DNA of 64,000 nucleotides from Gammaproteobacteria bacterium (GTDB taxonomy: Bacteria > Pseudomonadota > Gammaproteobacteria > Eutrophobiales > Eutrophobiaceae), in contig OZ244905.1 of NCBI GenBank assembly GCA_965221695.1, positions 160,001 to 224,000 on the forward strand. Reading direction: 5' to 3'. Positions 18,150 through 29,196 of the stretch are shown here, in pieces (position 1 is the stretch's first letter; each line of letters opens with the position of its first letter). The notes under the pieces are model-generated. The model was not told the origin of the DNA and did no database searches. It saw only the letters and a list, made by a program, of their open reading frames with translations. The position numbers and the translations under genes were made by a program.

Positions 18150-20546
18150 TCATCTTGCTTCAGCCAATCCAGGGTTGGTTGTCATTTCGGAATAGTCCTC
18201 ATGCTGCATATTCTGGAATTCAAAATTTACTTCATCGGCTGTAAATACCGATTTTGGCTTGAATACGTATAAGGCTGCGGGGACGAATAACAATGACCCC
18301 AACATGTTCATGAACAGGACTAATCCGAGCAGCATCCCCATTTCAGCCTGAAATCGTAAAGGCGACAAAAATGCCCAGGGCAATAATGGTCCAATCATCG
18401 TAATTGCCGTGATGAATATAGCGTTGCCGGACGTGATAAATGCATTATGGATTGCATCCGAAATAGCGCCGGTCCCTTTACTGAATTCTTCCTTGATGCG
18501 GTCCATCATGTAAATCCCGTAGTCCACACCCAATCCGACACCCAGCGCTGTCAATGGCAAAGTGCTTACGTTCAACCCCACTCCCTTCCAGGCCATGAAA
18601 GCATAGGTTAACGAATTTGCTGTCGCCAGGCTGAGCAGCAATATCATCGCGACAATGAGCGACCGGTAATAAATCAGAATACAGATTCCAATCACTATTA
18701 CAATCGCAACCATGATATGTAGGTTGGACCTCGTGATTTCTGCATTTAGAGCTTCAACAATACCTATCTGACCGCCGGAATAAAGAAAGTCGGCATCGCT
18801 TACCAGTTCGTGTTCCAGGTTGAAGAAGTCATTCAATTTCCTGGTTACTTTTTGAATGGTAACTACACTGTGGTCTTCGAGAAAAAATGATACGTTCCCG
18901 ATCTCCCAATCAATATTGGTAAAAGCTGCAAAATCACCGGGTTCGCCCCGGGATCTGAACATGTAGATATTGAAGCCGACTTCCTCTTTGGAATCGGGGA
19001 TGATTTCATAAGAGGGATCACCTTCGAACAAGACGGAATTCACAATTTTGATGATTGGCACCAGACTCTGCGCGGGACGAACTTCAGGCACTCGTTCGTA
19101 GATGTACCTATCCATTGCCTCGGTCTGGTGATAGACACTGGGATCCAGCATCGTATCCTTATCGCCTTCGATATAAACCTGCATCATATCCGAGCCGAGG
19201 AAGGAAAAACGGGTATTGATAGATTCCGAATCCAGGTTAAAGCGAGAATCTGGCCAGAGTATTGCGCTGCCCTTGGTATCGCCCACTTTTAAATTTGTTG
19301 AATATGACACCCCGATAACAAGTAATATCATCGTTACCGCAAACATGATGTATTTGTGGTCTTCCATATTGATTACGGCAGACCAGATTTTGTTAAGAAG
19401 TACGGAACCTGTATTGTGGGATTTGGGGGGCTTGATTAAACACATCACCGAGGACGCGAATATCAGACTTGGCACTATGGACAGTAGCCATATTCCGCAA
19501 ATCAGGGCCAACCCTTTGATACTGGGTATGGCGACTAGGCCCAAAACGCCGAAACCGGCCGCATCCGTCAGGATCGCAGCAGTACTGGGACGAAACAGTC
19601 GGGCAAGGCCGTCCCGGGTACAGGTTCGACAATCATCTGGGAACGGATCTGAATTCTGAATATTGTTGAGAATCCGGGTGATTAACTGGACTCCGTGAGA
19701 CAGGACAATGGCAAAGATGAACGCCGGCAGCAGTATCAGGAGCGGGTCTAGATTATAACCTACCGCGCCCATGGCTCCCAGACCCCAGATGGTTGCCACT
19801 GATGCCGTGAACATGGGTACGAAAACCCCAACCCATGTTCTGAAATATATATAAAGAACCAGTGCAACAATAAGCAGAGAAATCATCAGTATCCTGAAAA
19901 TTGCATCCAAGGACTGGTAGATGTAACCCAGTAGTAGCGGGCGTCCGACGACGTGAATGGACAAGGTATCGTCTTCCATTTCTGCACGAATCGTATTGAA
20001 GAAATTCAATACTTCCTGAAAGTTGGCTTCATCCTTGAAGTCAGCAATGATCATCGCTGAGCGTTCATCGTTTGATACCAGAAACCCTCGGTACTGGTTG
20101 TTTACCGCGCGCCGGAATTGCTGCATTTGTGCTTCGTCACGCGGCAGGTCCGGCCAGAGGATCGCACTTACGTCAACCGCGCCGCCACTTCCGGTTATTG
20201 CTTTCGTTTTGCGCAGGATCAGTGATTGACTCAGGTGGCGGAAGGTGTCGGGATGATAGAAGACGTCTTCGGCAATCTTTTTGTATTTTTCCAGAAACTC
20301 AATTGAATAAATATTGCCAGTCTTATTTTTTACCTCAATAAGGGTGGTGTTTGCGCCTCCAAATTGTGCGCCGAAGCGTTTAAACAGTTCTACATTATTC
20401 GCCCCTTCGGGCAACATTTCTTCGAGTACAACATTTAGGGATAATCCATCGTAAATATAATAGGCGGGCAGCAGAGTGATTAGAAGCAGAACAGTAAATA
20501 CCAGTTTTGCCTTGCTGGTAATAAATTCTGCTACACGCTCTTTCAC
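18150..20546 (-). CDS. RND superfamily (MMPL-like) transporter
   Basis: Two repeated halves; FGGAN, GVGLGVDYGIY, LRFQAEMG. Confidence 0.88.
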   Translation of the reverse strand: MKERVAEFITSKAKLVFTVLLLITLLPAYYIYDGLSLNVVLEEMLPEGANNVELFKRFGAQFGGANTTLIEVKNKTGNIYSIEFLEKYKKIAEDVFYHPDTFRHLSQSLILRKTKAITGSGGAVDVSAILWPDLPRDEAQMQQFRRAVNNQYRGFLVSNDERSAMIIADFKDEANFQEVLNFFNTIRAEMEDDTLSIHVVGRPLLLGYIYQSLDAIFRILMISLLIVALVLYIYFRTWVGVFVPMFTASVATIWGLGAMGAVGYNLDPLLILLPAFIFAIVLSHGVQLITRILNNIQNSDPFPDDCRTCTRDGLARLFRPSTAAILTDAAGFGVLGLVAIPSIKGLALICGIWLLSIVPSLIFASSVMCLIKPPKSHNTGSVLLNKIWSAVINMEDHKYIMFAVTMILLVIGVSYSTNLKVGDTKGSAILWPDSRFNLDSESINTRFSFLGSDMMQVYIEGDKDTMLDPSVYHQTEAMDRYIYERVPEVRPAQSLVPIIKIVNSVLFEGDPSYEIIPDSKEEVGFNIYMFRSRGEPGDFAAFTNIDWEIGNVSFFLEDHSVVTIQKVTRKLNDFFNLEHELVSDADFLYSGGQIGIVEALNAEITRSNLHIMVAIVIVIGICILIYYRSLIVAMILLLSLATANSLTYAFMAWKGVGLNVSTLPLTALGVGLGVDYGIYMMDRIKEEFSKGTGAISDAIHNAFITSGNAIFITAITMIGPLLPWAFLSPLRFQAEMGMLLGLVLFMNMLGSLLFVPAALYVFKPKSVFTADEVNFEFQNMQHEDYSEMTTNPGLAEAR

Positions 20547-21721
20547 GGCTGTTTACTCCAACGGCTGGAAAGCAGTTTTACATCGTTTGTCGCCGCCAAG
20601 TTGAATGCCTGTCCGAAGGTCATTTTATTCAGGTCACCGGCTACAACCAGCCCCCGAATACCCGATGCCCAGATATGTCCTGTAGAAGTGACGGCTACTC
20701 CTCCCATCCATATGAATGGAAGCGGGAATTCATCATCCGGCTTCAAAAATGTAGTTATATTTCCGGTAATCTTCAGCATGGTCGAACGGCCCACCACGAC
20801 TGCCTCATTGCTCGATGTAACTGTGACATCAAAGAGATGCTCCTCGGTTCCCGAAACTATGGGCTCTGCAAAGTATTCAATCTCACTTCTGGGCAGAACC
20901 TCGGAATCCTTTTTCACATATTGCTGTTTTCTGCGTTTCGCCCTAGCTCTCGCTTTTGCTTCGGCTTTTGCCGCTTCAGCAGCAGCCTGACGATCGATCT
21001 CTTTACGCTGTGCCTCATTTGCAATAGACAAACGCAATATTTCGCCATCGACACCCACGACGTACGCCATATCGTCTGCGCCATGCACAGCCAACCAGGT
21101 AATCTTTGATTTTACCGGTGTAATTAACCAATATTTTCCGCCGTTTTCCGTATGAGCGACGACACCGAATTCACCAACAAGTATCGCACTATCCCGGTTT
21201 ATGGCATGTATTCCATGTAACCGGGGAATATCCCGGCCGCGATGACCAAGAAGATGTTGTTGGCGCCAGGTTTTGCCGCCATCGTTGGTGTTCCAGATAT
21301 TGGCCTCATGTCCCACGACCCAGCCGTTATCATGGTCGGAAAAATCAACGTCGCGAAGATAGATTCCAGGAAGTTCTTTTTGTAATGACCAGGTCAAACC
21401 TGCATCACCGGTATGAAAAACTGAACCTCGATGACCGACAGCCCAACCTGTATTTTCATCGACAAAGGACAGTCTGCGAATCAGTTCATTACGGCCAATA
21501 TAGATAGCATCCCAGGAATTGCCTCCATCACGGGTGCGTAATACCGTACCGCTGTAGCCGGCAATATAGCCAACGTCATCCGTAACAAATTCTACCGCAA
21601 ACAAATTATCCGGCCAGAAGCGGTGAAATCCGGGCGTGTATTCATCACTTACTGATGTTGTCCCGAATAAGTAGCCAAAAACCGTAATCAAAGATGCAAT
21701 GCACCGACAACATCCTGACAT
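20543..21721 (-). CDS. YCF48/BNR-repeat beta-propeller exported protein
   Basis: Repeated T-x-DGG-x-x-W / VG-x-x-G units; ATG 21721 follows GGGGGA, whereas ATG 21820 overlaps the sigma54 promoter. Confidence 0.82.
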   Translation of the reverse strand: MSGCCRCIASLITVFGYLFGTTSVSDEYTPGFHRFWPDNLFAVEFVTDDVGYIAGYSGTVLRTRDGGNSWDAIYIGRNELIRRLSFVDENTGWAVGHRGSVFHTGDAGLTWSLQKELPGIYLRDVDFSDHDNGWVVGHEANIWNTNDGGKTWRQQHLLGHRGRDIPRLHGIHAINRDSAILVGEFGVVAHTENGGKYWLITPVKSKITWLAVHGADDMAYVVGVDGEILRLSIANEAQRKEIDRQAAAEAAKAEAKARARAKRRKQQYVKKDSEVLPRSEIEYFAEPIVSGTEEHLFDVTVTSSNEAVVVGRSTMLKITGNITTFLKPDDEFPLPFIWMGGVAVTSTGHIWASGIRGLVVAGDLNKMTFGQAFNLAATNDVKLLSSRWSKQP

Positions 21722-21816
21722 GACTGTATTTATTCCCCCAGAGAGACTGTTTCTATTGTAACCAATAGAAACTTCACAAAATTCTGTATGAATTGCCAAT
21801 TGTCTCGAAAACACAC

Positions 21817-21832
21817 GCATTAATTATGCCAA
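21817..21832 (-). promoter_or_regulatory. Sigma54 (-24/-12) promoter for the YCF48-to-GS-like operon
   Basis: Minus strand TTGGCATAATTAATGC: GG-N10-GC, adjacent to an XylR-type activator gene. Confidence 0.7.
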
Positions 21833-22141
21833 TTCAGTAAATATGGTAACTCCTTGTATATAATGAGAAAAAAACAGGAAGTTCAAATTTACTATGTAAC
21901 GATATGATCAGTAATTTTATTAAATCAATCATCATTTTAATTATGCATCATTTGCAACTACTCACTCCCCTTCCAGTTAATTCTACCTGAATTTACTGGT
22001 CGTAATAATCTGAAGATGATGATCATACTGGACAATAGGCTATAATTTAAAGAATTTACTTTCATCATTTAATAAGATTTCCAAAAATATAGACGACATC
22101 AGTCTGCTCGTTGGGTAGTTTTATTCTGGCATAATGATGAA

Positions 22142-23854
22142 ATGATAAAAACTTCTCCGATCGGCGTTGAAATGACACGAGTAAAAGTAGATTTACCTGA
22201 CGAATCCGAACTCTATTCTCTATTATCGTTTAGGGAAAATGATGGTCAAATTAATCTAGACCAATACCGAATGTTACTACTTCATACCGAAACAATGGGT
22301 GTTTTGAGGAAGGAGTTAATCGAGTCACTGGGAGTTGAGAGAGCAAGAGGTTTGTTTACCAGGATGGGTTATGAATCTGGCCGTAATGACGCCATTTTAG
22401 CGAAAAAACTCAAACCAAATGCTACGGATATTGAGACATTCTCAATAGGCCCTCAATTGCACAAATTGGAAGGCATAGTAAAGGTAACGCCGCTTAATGT
22501 GGAGATGGAACTCGGGACCGGTAGTTTTTATGGGGAATTTCTTTGGGAGAACTCTTATGAGGCTCAGATACATATAGGTCGGTTTGGAATCGCACAAGGG
22601 CCTGTGTGCTGGATGCAGATTGGTTATGCAAGTGGTTATACCAGTACATTCGTAGGTAAATTTATCCTCTATAAAGAAATGGACTGCACTGGTTGTGGTG
22701 ACAAGTTTTGTAGAATCATAGGTAAACCTCTCGAGGATTGGGGAATTGACAAAGAGGAGTACCGTTATTTCAAGCCCGATAATGTTGCTGACCAGATGTT
22801 ACAGCTACAGTCGCAAGTGGAAAAGTTACGCTTGTCAGTTGACCAGATGTTTGAGCTTAGCAATATTGTAGGTGATTCAGAAAGTCTCCGGGCAGTTTTT
22901 AAGCTAATTGAAAATGTTGCTGATAGCCAAGCAACTGTAATGCTGCTGGGGGAGACGGGCGTCGGTAAAGATTTATTCGCAAATGCTCTACATAATATTA
23001 GTAATCGGAAGAACGGACCTTTTATTGCCGTTAACTGCGCTGCCATACCGGAGGAATTGATCGAATCGGAGTTGTTTGGTGTCGAGAAAGGCGCTTATAC
23101 AGGCGCTCAGAGGTCGCGCCCGGGAAGATTCGAACGCGCTCACAATGGTACTTTATTTCTGGATGAAGTAGACAAACTGTCAGAATCTGCGCAAACGAAA
23201 CTGTTACGTGTTTTGCAAAACCATGAACTGGAACGGGTTGGCGATGTGCGCGCGCGTAAGGTAAATGTCAGGATTATTACCGCATCGAATACAAATCTTG
23301 AAAATTTGGTAAAACAAGGCCGTTTCCGAAAAGATCTGTATTTTCGCCTAAATATATATCCTGTAATCATCCCTACTTTACGCCAACGCAAAGAAGATAT
23401 CCCCATGCTGGCGAGCCATTTTATTGAGAAACACAGTACAAGATATGGAAAATACGGGATTGAGATAGACGGAGAAGCCATGCAAGGACTGCTGAATTAT
23501 GATTGGCCCGGGAACGTCCGTGAATTTGAGAATGTTATAGAACGTGGGATTATCCTCACAAATAAAAATGAAAAAATTAAACTCTCTCACCTTCTGTTCA
23601 GCACAATGGATTCTGATGCCATGGATAAAGTTCAGAGTACCGCCGAAGAAATTCAAATAAACACTGCCAAAAATATGGCGGATGAAATCATAGAGAAGGT
23701 GTCGGAATTTCCAAAGTTTGAACAAATTGAAGCCATGTTATTGAAAAAAGCGCTGCAGAGGGCTAACGGAAATGTCAGTAAAGCTGCAAAAATGCTGGGT
23801 TTGACTCGGCCACAATTTGCCTATCGGCTGAAAAAGATCAATAGTACAGCGTGA
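22142..23854 (+). CDS. XylR/DmpR/TouR-family sigma54-dependent aromatic-responsive activator
   Basis: XylR N-domain/V4R (RMGYESG, CWMQIGYASGY), GETGVGK, GAYTGA, C-terminal Fis HTH; start may be 22172. Confidence 0.93.
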   Translation: MIKTSPIGVEMTRVKVDLPDESELYSLLSFRENDGQINLDQYRMLLLHTETMGVLRKELIESLGVERARGLFTRMGYESGRNDAILAKKLKPNATDIETFSIGPQLHKLEGIVKVTPLNVEMELGTGSFYGEFLWENSYEAQIHIGRFGIAQGPVCWMQIGYASGYTSTFVGKFILYKEMDCTGCGDKFCRIIGKPLEDWGIDKEEYRYFKPDNVADQMLQLQSQVEKLRLSVDQMFELSNIVGDSESLRAVFKLIENVADSQATVMLLGETGVGKDLFANALHNISNRKNGPFIAVNCAAIPEELIESELFGVEKGAYTGAQRSRPGRFERAHNGTLFLDEVDKLSESAQTKLLRVLQNHELERVGDVRARKVNVRIITASNTNLENLVKQGRFRKDLYFRLNIYPVIIPTLRQRKEDIPMLASHFIEKHSTRYGKYGIEIDGEAMQGLLNYDWPGNVREFENVIERGIILTNKNEKIKLSHLLFSTMDSDAMDKVQSTAEEIQINTAKNMADEIIEKVSEFPKFEQIEAMLLKKALQRANGNVSKAAKMLGLTRPQFAYRLKKINSTA

Positions 23855-23869
23855 TACAACTGAATGTAA

Positions 23870-24931
23870 TTATGGATGAATCAGCATTTTAAGTACATTG
23901 TCCTGCTTTTCATTGAAAACCAAAAATGCCTCATTAATCTGTTTCAGTGAATATTCGTGGCTGAATAATGTATCTGGATTGACTATGCCGCGCTCAATCA
24001 GGCTCAAACTTTTCTGCATAAAGGGTTGCACGTTGGCAAATCCATTCATATGCAGGCTTATATCACGTAAAAAAATATCTGCCAGGTTCAGGTTAAATTC
24101 CTGATCACAAAATACGCCAATTGCTGCAATGGTACCGCCCGGTCGAATCAGGTCGAGAGACATTTGCAAGGATTCTTGAGAACCGACAACTTCAATTATT
24201 TTATCAAAGCCGCGGTCTTGACTATAGCTCATGGCCTGTTTTTGCCAGTCAGCGTCAGATATGTTTATACTTGAGGCGCCTTTTTGTTCCGCATAAACCA
24301 GACGATGAGAAACACTATCAAAAGCGACTACTTTGCCCGGCGCCTTCAGCATAATAATATCTAGCGCCATTAGGCCCGTAGGACCACAGCCAATCAAAGC
24401 TACAGTTTCATCGGGCTGTATATCAGCTAGGTTATTAGCTATTAAAGCAGATGGAAGGTTGCATGATAAAGTAACTCCTGCTGCATCAGTAACCGTTTCA
24501 GGTAATTTCAGAGCATGGGCATCGGCAAACGGTATAGTCATTAATTCGGCGTGAGTACCGTTTAAATTACCAAACGGAACGCCAAAGCCGTAAACTCCTT
24601 TTTGAGTAGTTTCACAATGTGCTGTCTGGCCTGCATTACACATATAACACTCACCGCATGAGCAGGAATAGGCCATAGTAATTCTGTCGCCAGCTCGAAA
24701 TCTTTCTACGGATTTGCCGGTTTCCAGTACCTCTCCCACCAGTTCATGCCCGGTTTGGGATTTACCGTTTTCCATAATTGCGTCCAGGGATCCGCGATAT
24801 AAATGTAGGTCCGAACCACAAATAGACGTTGCTTTGACTTGCACCAGTATTTCATGATCGTGTTTGATTTCAGGAGCGCTGATATCAGTACACCGTATAT
24901 CTTTAACTCCAAAATATATTGCCGCTTTCAT
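23870..24931 (-). CDS. Zinc-dependent alcohol dehydrogenase (MDR family)
   Basis: ICGSDLH, GHE, CGECYMC..C structural Zn site, GCGPTG. Confidence 0.9.
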   Translation of the reverse strand: MKAAIYFGVKDIRCTDISAPEIKHDHEILVQVKATSICGSDLHLYRGSLDAIMENGKSQTGHELVGEVLETGKSVERFRAGDRITMAYSCSCGECYMCNAGQTAHCETTQKGVYGFGVPFGNLNGTHAELMTIPFADAHALKLPETVTDAAGVTLSCNLPSALIANNLADIQPDETVALIGCGPTGLMALDIIMLKAPGKVVAFDSVSHRLVYAEQKGASSINISDADWQKQAMSYSQDRGFDKIIEVVGSQESLQMSLDLIRPGGTIAAIGVFCDQEFNLNLADIFLRDISLHMNGFANVQPFMQKSLSLIERGIVNPDTLFSHEYSLKQINEAFLVFNEKQDNVLKMLIHP

Positions 24932-25173
24932 AAATTAATTCCACGCTCGACCATTATCGAGAATTATTTATACAGATAATACTTAGGCTCTATATGAAAA
25001 TTAAATTTTCTCCATGATGGCTATCCCGGCCACTCCTCTATAAAGATTACGATGCAATGAGTATTTTTCAAGTGATCAATCTCAATATCACAAATGTTAT
25101 GATATAGTAAAAAACTAATTTTACGTTAGCGGAACATGAACCTATCAGACTGATTATATTGATAAAATATAAT

Positions 25174-25189
25174 TGGCATGATTTGTGTA
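25174..25189 (+). promoter_or_regulatory. Candidate sigma54 promoter for the tmo operon, imperfect -12
   Basis: TGGCATGATTTGTGTA = GG-N10-GT; AT-rich upstream region with TGATCAA at about 25073. Confidence 0.45.
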
Positions 25190-25320
25190 TTCTTAGTATG
25201 CACGCAAGCTAAAAATGAGTGCAGGTTTTTTTTATGATCAATGCTCTTGAGTTAGTTATCCTAAATATAATTTCAGTTGTTTTAGAACCATTATAGAGCA
25301 ATAAGAACGGGGTAAATGCG

Positions 25321-26823
25321 ATGGCAATAATTGACCGTAAAGAATGGTATGACCTGTTAAGGGCGACAAACTGGTCTCCAAAATATGTTTCTGAAGAGGA
25401 ATTATATCCTGAATCCATGTCAGGCAGTCGGGGTCTGAGCCTTGAAGATTGGGAAGTCTATGATGAACCATACAAAGTTACCTATCCCGAGTATGTCGAA
25501 ACTCAGCGTGAAAAAGATTCCGGCGCCTATTCGGTAAAGGCGGCCTTAGAAAGAGATAGATTCATTGATCGGGCTGATCCTGGCTGGGTCAGTACTCTGC
25601 AGGCACATTATGGCGCTATTGCTTTGGGTGAATATGGCGCGGTATCGGGTGAAGCCAGGATGGCCCGCTTTTCTAAGGCGCCAGGTAATCGCAACATGGC
25701 AACTTTTGGGATGATGGATGAGATGCGCCATGCGCAATTACAGTTGTTTTTTCCTCATGCACATTGTAAATCCAGTCGCCGCTGGGATTGGGCGCATAAG
25801 GCATTGCATACCAACGAATGGGCTGCAATAGCCGCGCGCCATTTATTCGAGGATATGATCCTTACACGTGACGCCATCAGTACCGGCATTATGTTGACTT
25901 TCGCTTTTGAGACAGGGTTTACCAATATGCAATTTCTTGGTCTCGCTGCTGATGCTGCCGAGGCGGGTGATCATACGTTTTCCAGCCTGATATCCAGTAT
26001 TCAGACTGATGAATCGCGTCACGCACAACAAGGAGGGCCCATGGTTAAGCTGCTGGTGGAAAAAGGTCTTAAGGACGATGCGCAGAAGTTAGTAGATATA
26101 GCATTTTGGCGTTCATGGAAGTTATTTTCCGTATTGACCGGCCCCATAATGGATTACTACACACCTTTAGAGTTCCGCAAACAATCTTTCAAGGAATTTA
26201 TGGAAGAATGGATTGTAGGCCAGTTTGAACGAAATCTCCTTGATCTTGGTCTGGATAAACCGTGGTATTGGGATGAATTTTTGCGGGCCCTAGATGAAAC
26301 CCATCATGGTATGCACATAGGAGTATGGTATTGGCGTCCTACGGTCTGGTGGAAACCGAGAGCTGGTGTTAATCCGGACGAACGCGAATGGCTTGAAGAA
26401 AAATACCCGGGATGGAACTCCAATTTTGGTCGGATATGGGATGTGATTATCGACAATCTGGTTAATGACAAACCCGAACTAACGCTCCCGGAAACTCTGC
26501 CCGTGATATGTAATATGTCGAATATTCCAATCGTAGGCACGCCGGGAGATGGCTGGAATCTTAAAGATTATCCTCTCGAATATAATGGCAGGTTATACCA
26601 TTTTGGTTCAGCGCCGGATCGATGGTGTTTTGAACAGGAGCCGGAACGTTATGCCGGTCATTTAAACTTTGTTGACCGTTTCCTTAAAGGTTTGATACAA
26701 CCAATGGACTTGAACGGAGCATTGAATTATATGGGACTAGCTCCGGGTGAGATTGGTGAGGATGCTTATGATCTGAGTTGGATAGATGTATACAAAGAGA
26801 TGGTTCATAAGAAGGCAAGTTAA
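25321..26823 (+). CDS. tmoA: Toluene/benzene monooxygenase hydroxylase alpha subunit
   Basis: Diiron ligands E104, E134/H137 (DEMRH), E197, E231/H234 (DESRH); numbering collinear with TmoA. Confidence 0.95.
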   Translation: MAIIDRKEWYDLLRATNWSPKYVSEEELYPESMSGSRGLSLEDWEVYDEPYKVTYPEYVETQREKDSGAYSVKAALERDRFIDRADPGWVSTLQAHYGAIALGEYGAVSGEARMARFSKAPGNRNMATFGMMDEMRHAQLQLFFPHAHCKSSRRWDWAHKALHTNEWAAIAARHLFEDMILTRDAISTGIMLTFAFETGFTNMQFLGLAADAAEAGDHTFSSLISSIQTDESRHAQQGGPMVKLLVEKGLKDDAQKLVDIAFWRSWKLFSVLTGPIMDYYTPLEFRKQSFKEFMEEWIVGQFERNLLDLGLDKPWYWDEFLRALDETHHGMHIGVWYWRPTVWWKPRAGVNPDEREWLEEKYPGWNSNFGRIWDVIIDNLVNDKPELTLPETLPVICNMSNIPIVGTPGDGWNLKDYPLEYNGRLYHFGSAPDRWCFEQEPERYAGHLNFVDRFLKGLIQPMDLNGALNYMGLAPGEIGEDAYDLSWIDVYKEMVHKKAS

Positions 26824-26850
26824 TTTTACTGGTTTGAGCAAGGTGTTGAT

Positions 26851-27111
26851 ATGGCTGCATTCCCATTATTTTCAAATTTTCAACATGACTTCGTAATTCA
26901 GCTTGTTCCCGTTGATGACGAAAACACCATGGATGAGGTTGCAGAAGCAGCGGCTTATCATTCCGTTGGCAGGCGCGTCGCAGCACAGCCTGACAAAATA
27001 ATGCGTGTTCGAAAGCAGGACGCTCAAGAGTTCTTTCCGCGCAATATGAAAGTCAAGGACAGTGGTCTCAAACCCACCGAAACGGTTGAAATTATTTTTT
27101 CCGATCAATAG
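26851..27111 (+). CDS. tmoB: Toluene monooxygenase gamma subunit
   Basis: FPLFSNFQHDFVIQLVPVD..AYHSVGRRV. Confidence 0.92.
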   Translation: MAAFPLFSNFQHDFVIQLVPVDDENTMDEVAEAAAYHSVGRRVAAQPDKIMRVRKQDAQEFFPRNMKVKDSGLKPTETVEIIFSDQ

Positions 27112-27128
27112 AGGGTTTTTCCGCCATC

Positions 27129-27467
27129 ATGCCGTTCGAAAAAATATGTACGCTTGATGCGGTATGGGAAGGCGAAATGGAAGCATTCGAAACACAGGAT
27201 GGCACAGAAGTATTGATTATGGTGCTTAATGGGGGCGACGTTAAGGCCTATCAGGCAATGTGTCCGCACCAGAGAATCGCTCTGGTTGAAGGGGAATTTG
27301 ATGGTAAGCAGCTAATCTGTCGCGCTCATCTCTGGCAGTTCGATTGTAAATCCGGTAAAGGTATCAACCCGGATAATTGCCGGTTGGCTGAATACCCTAT
27401 CAAAATTGAGGACGATGACTTGTTTGTAAATATAGAAGGCATCATACCTTTTGTTGCCCATACCTGA
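27129..27467 (+). CDS. tmoC: Toluene monooxygenase Rieske ferredoxin
   Basis: CPHQ..CRAHLWQF..GINP. Confidence 0.93.
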   Translation: MPFEKICTLDAVWEGEMEAFETQDGTEVLIMVLNGGDVKAYQAMCPHQRIALVEGEFDGKQLICRAHLWQFDCKSGKGINPDNCRLAEYPIKIEDDDLFVNIEGIIPFVAHT

Positions 27468-27519
27468 TACTGATAAAAAGCAATCCAGATGAAGAAACCA
27501 ATTATAAGGTCAAACTGCA

Positions 27520-27822
27520 ATGAGCGGTGATGCTTCAAAAAATAATAGAGTAGGTCCGATTATCAGGTCAGGTGAAGTTGCGCAAGCCGTAGCGGAAGCT
27601 GTTGAAATTGATAATCCGGACAAGGAGATATTTGTAGATGATAAGGTGGCTTACTTACGAATCGCTATGGAGAATGAGTGTATTTTGCGAAAGGAAACCA
27701 TGGAAGAGATCCTGGGCCGTGAATTTGAAATGCGGGAACTGGAAATTAATCTCAGTTCATTTGCCGGCCAGATTGAAACTACACCTGAGTATGTGCGTTT
27801 CTATTTTGAGAAAGTACTTTAA
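27520..27822 (+). CDS. tmoD: Toluene monooxygenase effector protein (MmoB/DmpM family)
   Basis: [21 protein letters not shown]. Confidence 0.93.
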   Translation: MSGDASKNNRVGPIIRSGEVAQAVAEAVEIDNPDKEIFVDDKVAYLRIAMENECILRKETMEEILGREFEMRELEINLSSFAGQIETTPEYVRFYFEKVL

Positions 27823-27883
27823 TTTACATCTATTGAACCGCCCCGGATTTGCCGGAGGCTCCATTTCTTGAGAGGATGGAGCA

Positions 27884-29103
<1,220 letters not shown>

Positions 29104-29196
29104 CTCAAACTAACGAGTCTCCGGGATTCCCGGGGCGGTTCACTATACAGTAGTAGCAGTAAAAATGCAGAAATCAAAATCTAAAGAGTAACCAGA

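Noticed and set aside
22127-22143. TGGCA as a sigma54 promoter before the regulator (similarly at 59582)
   Set aside because: No GC at the -12 position with correct spacing
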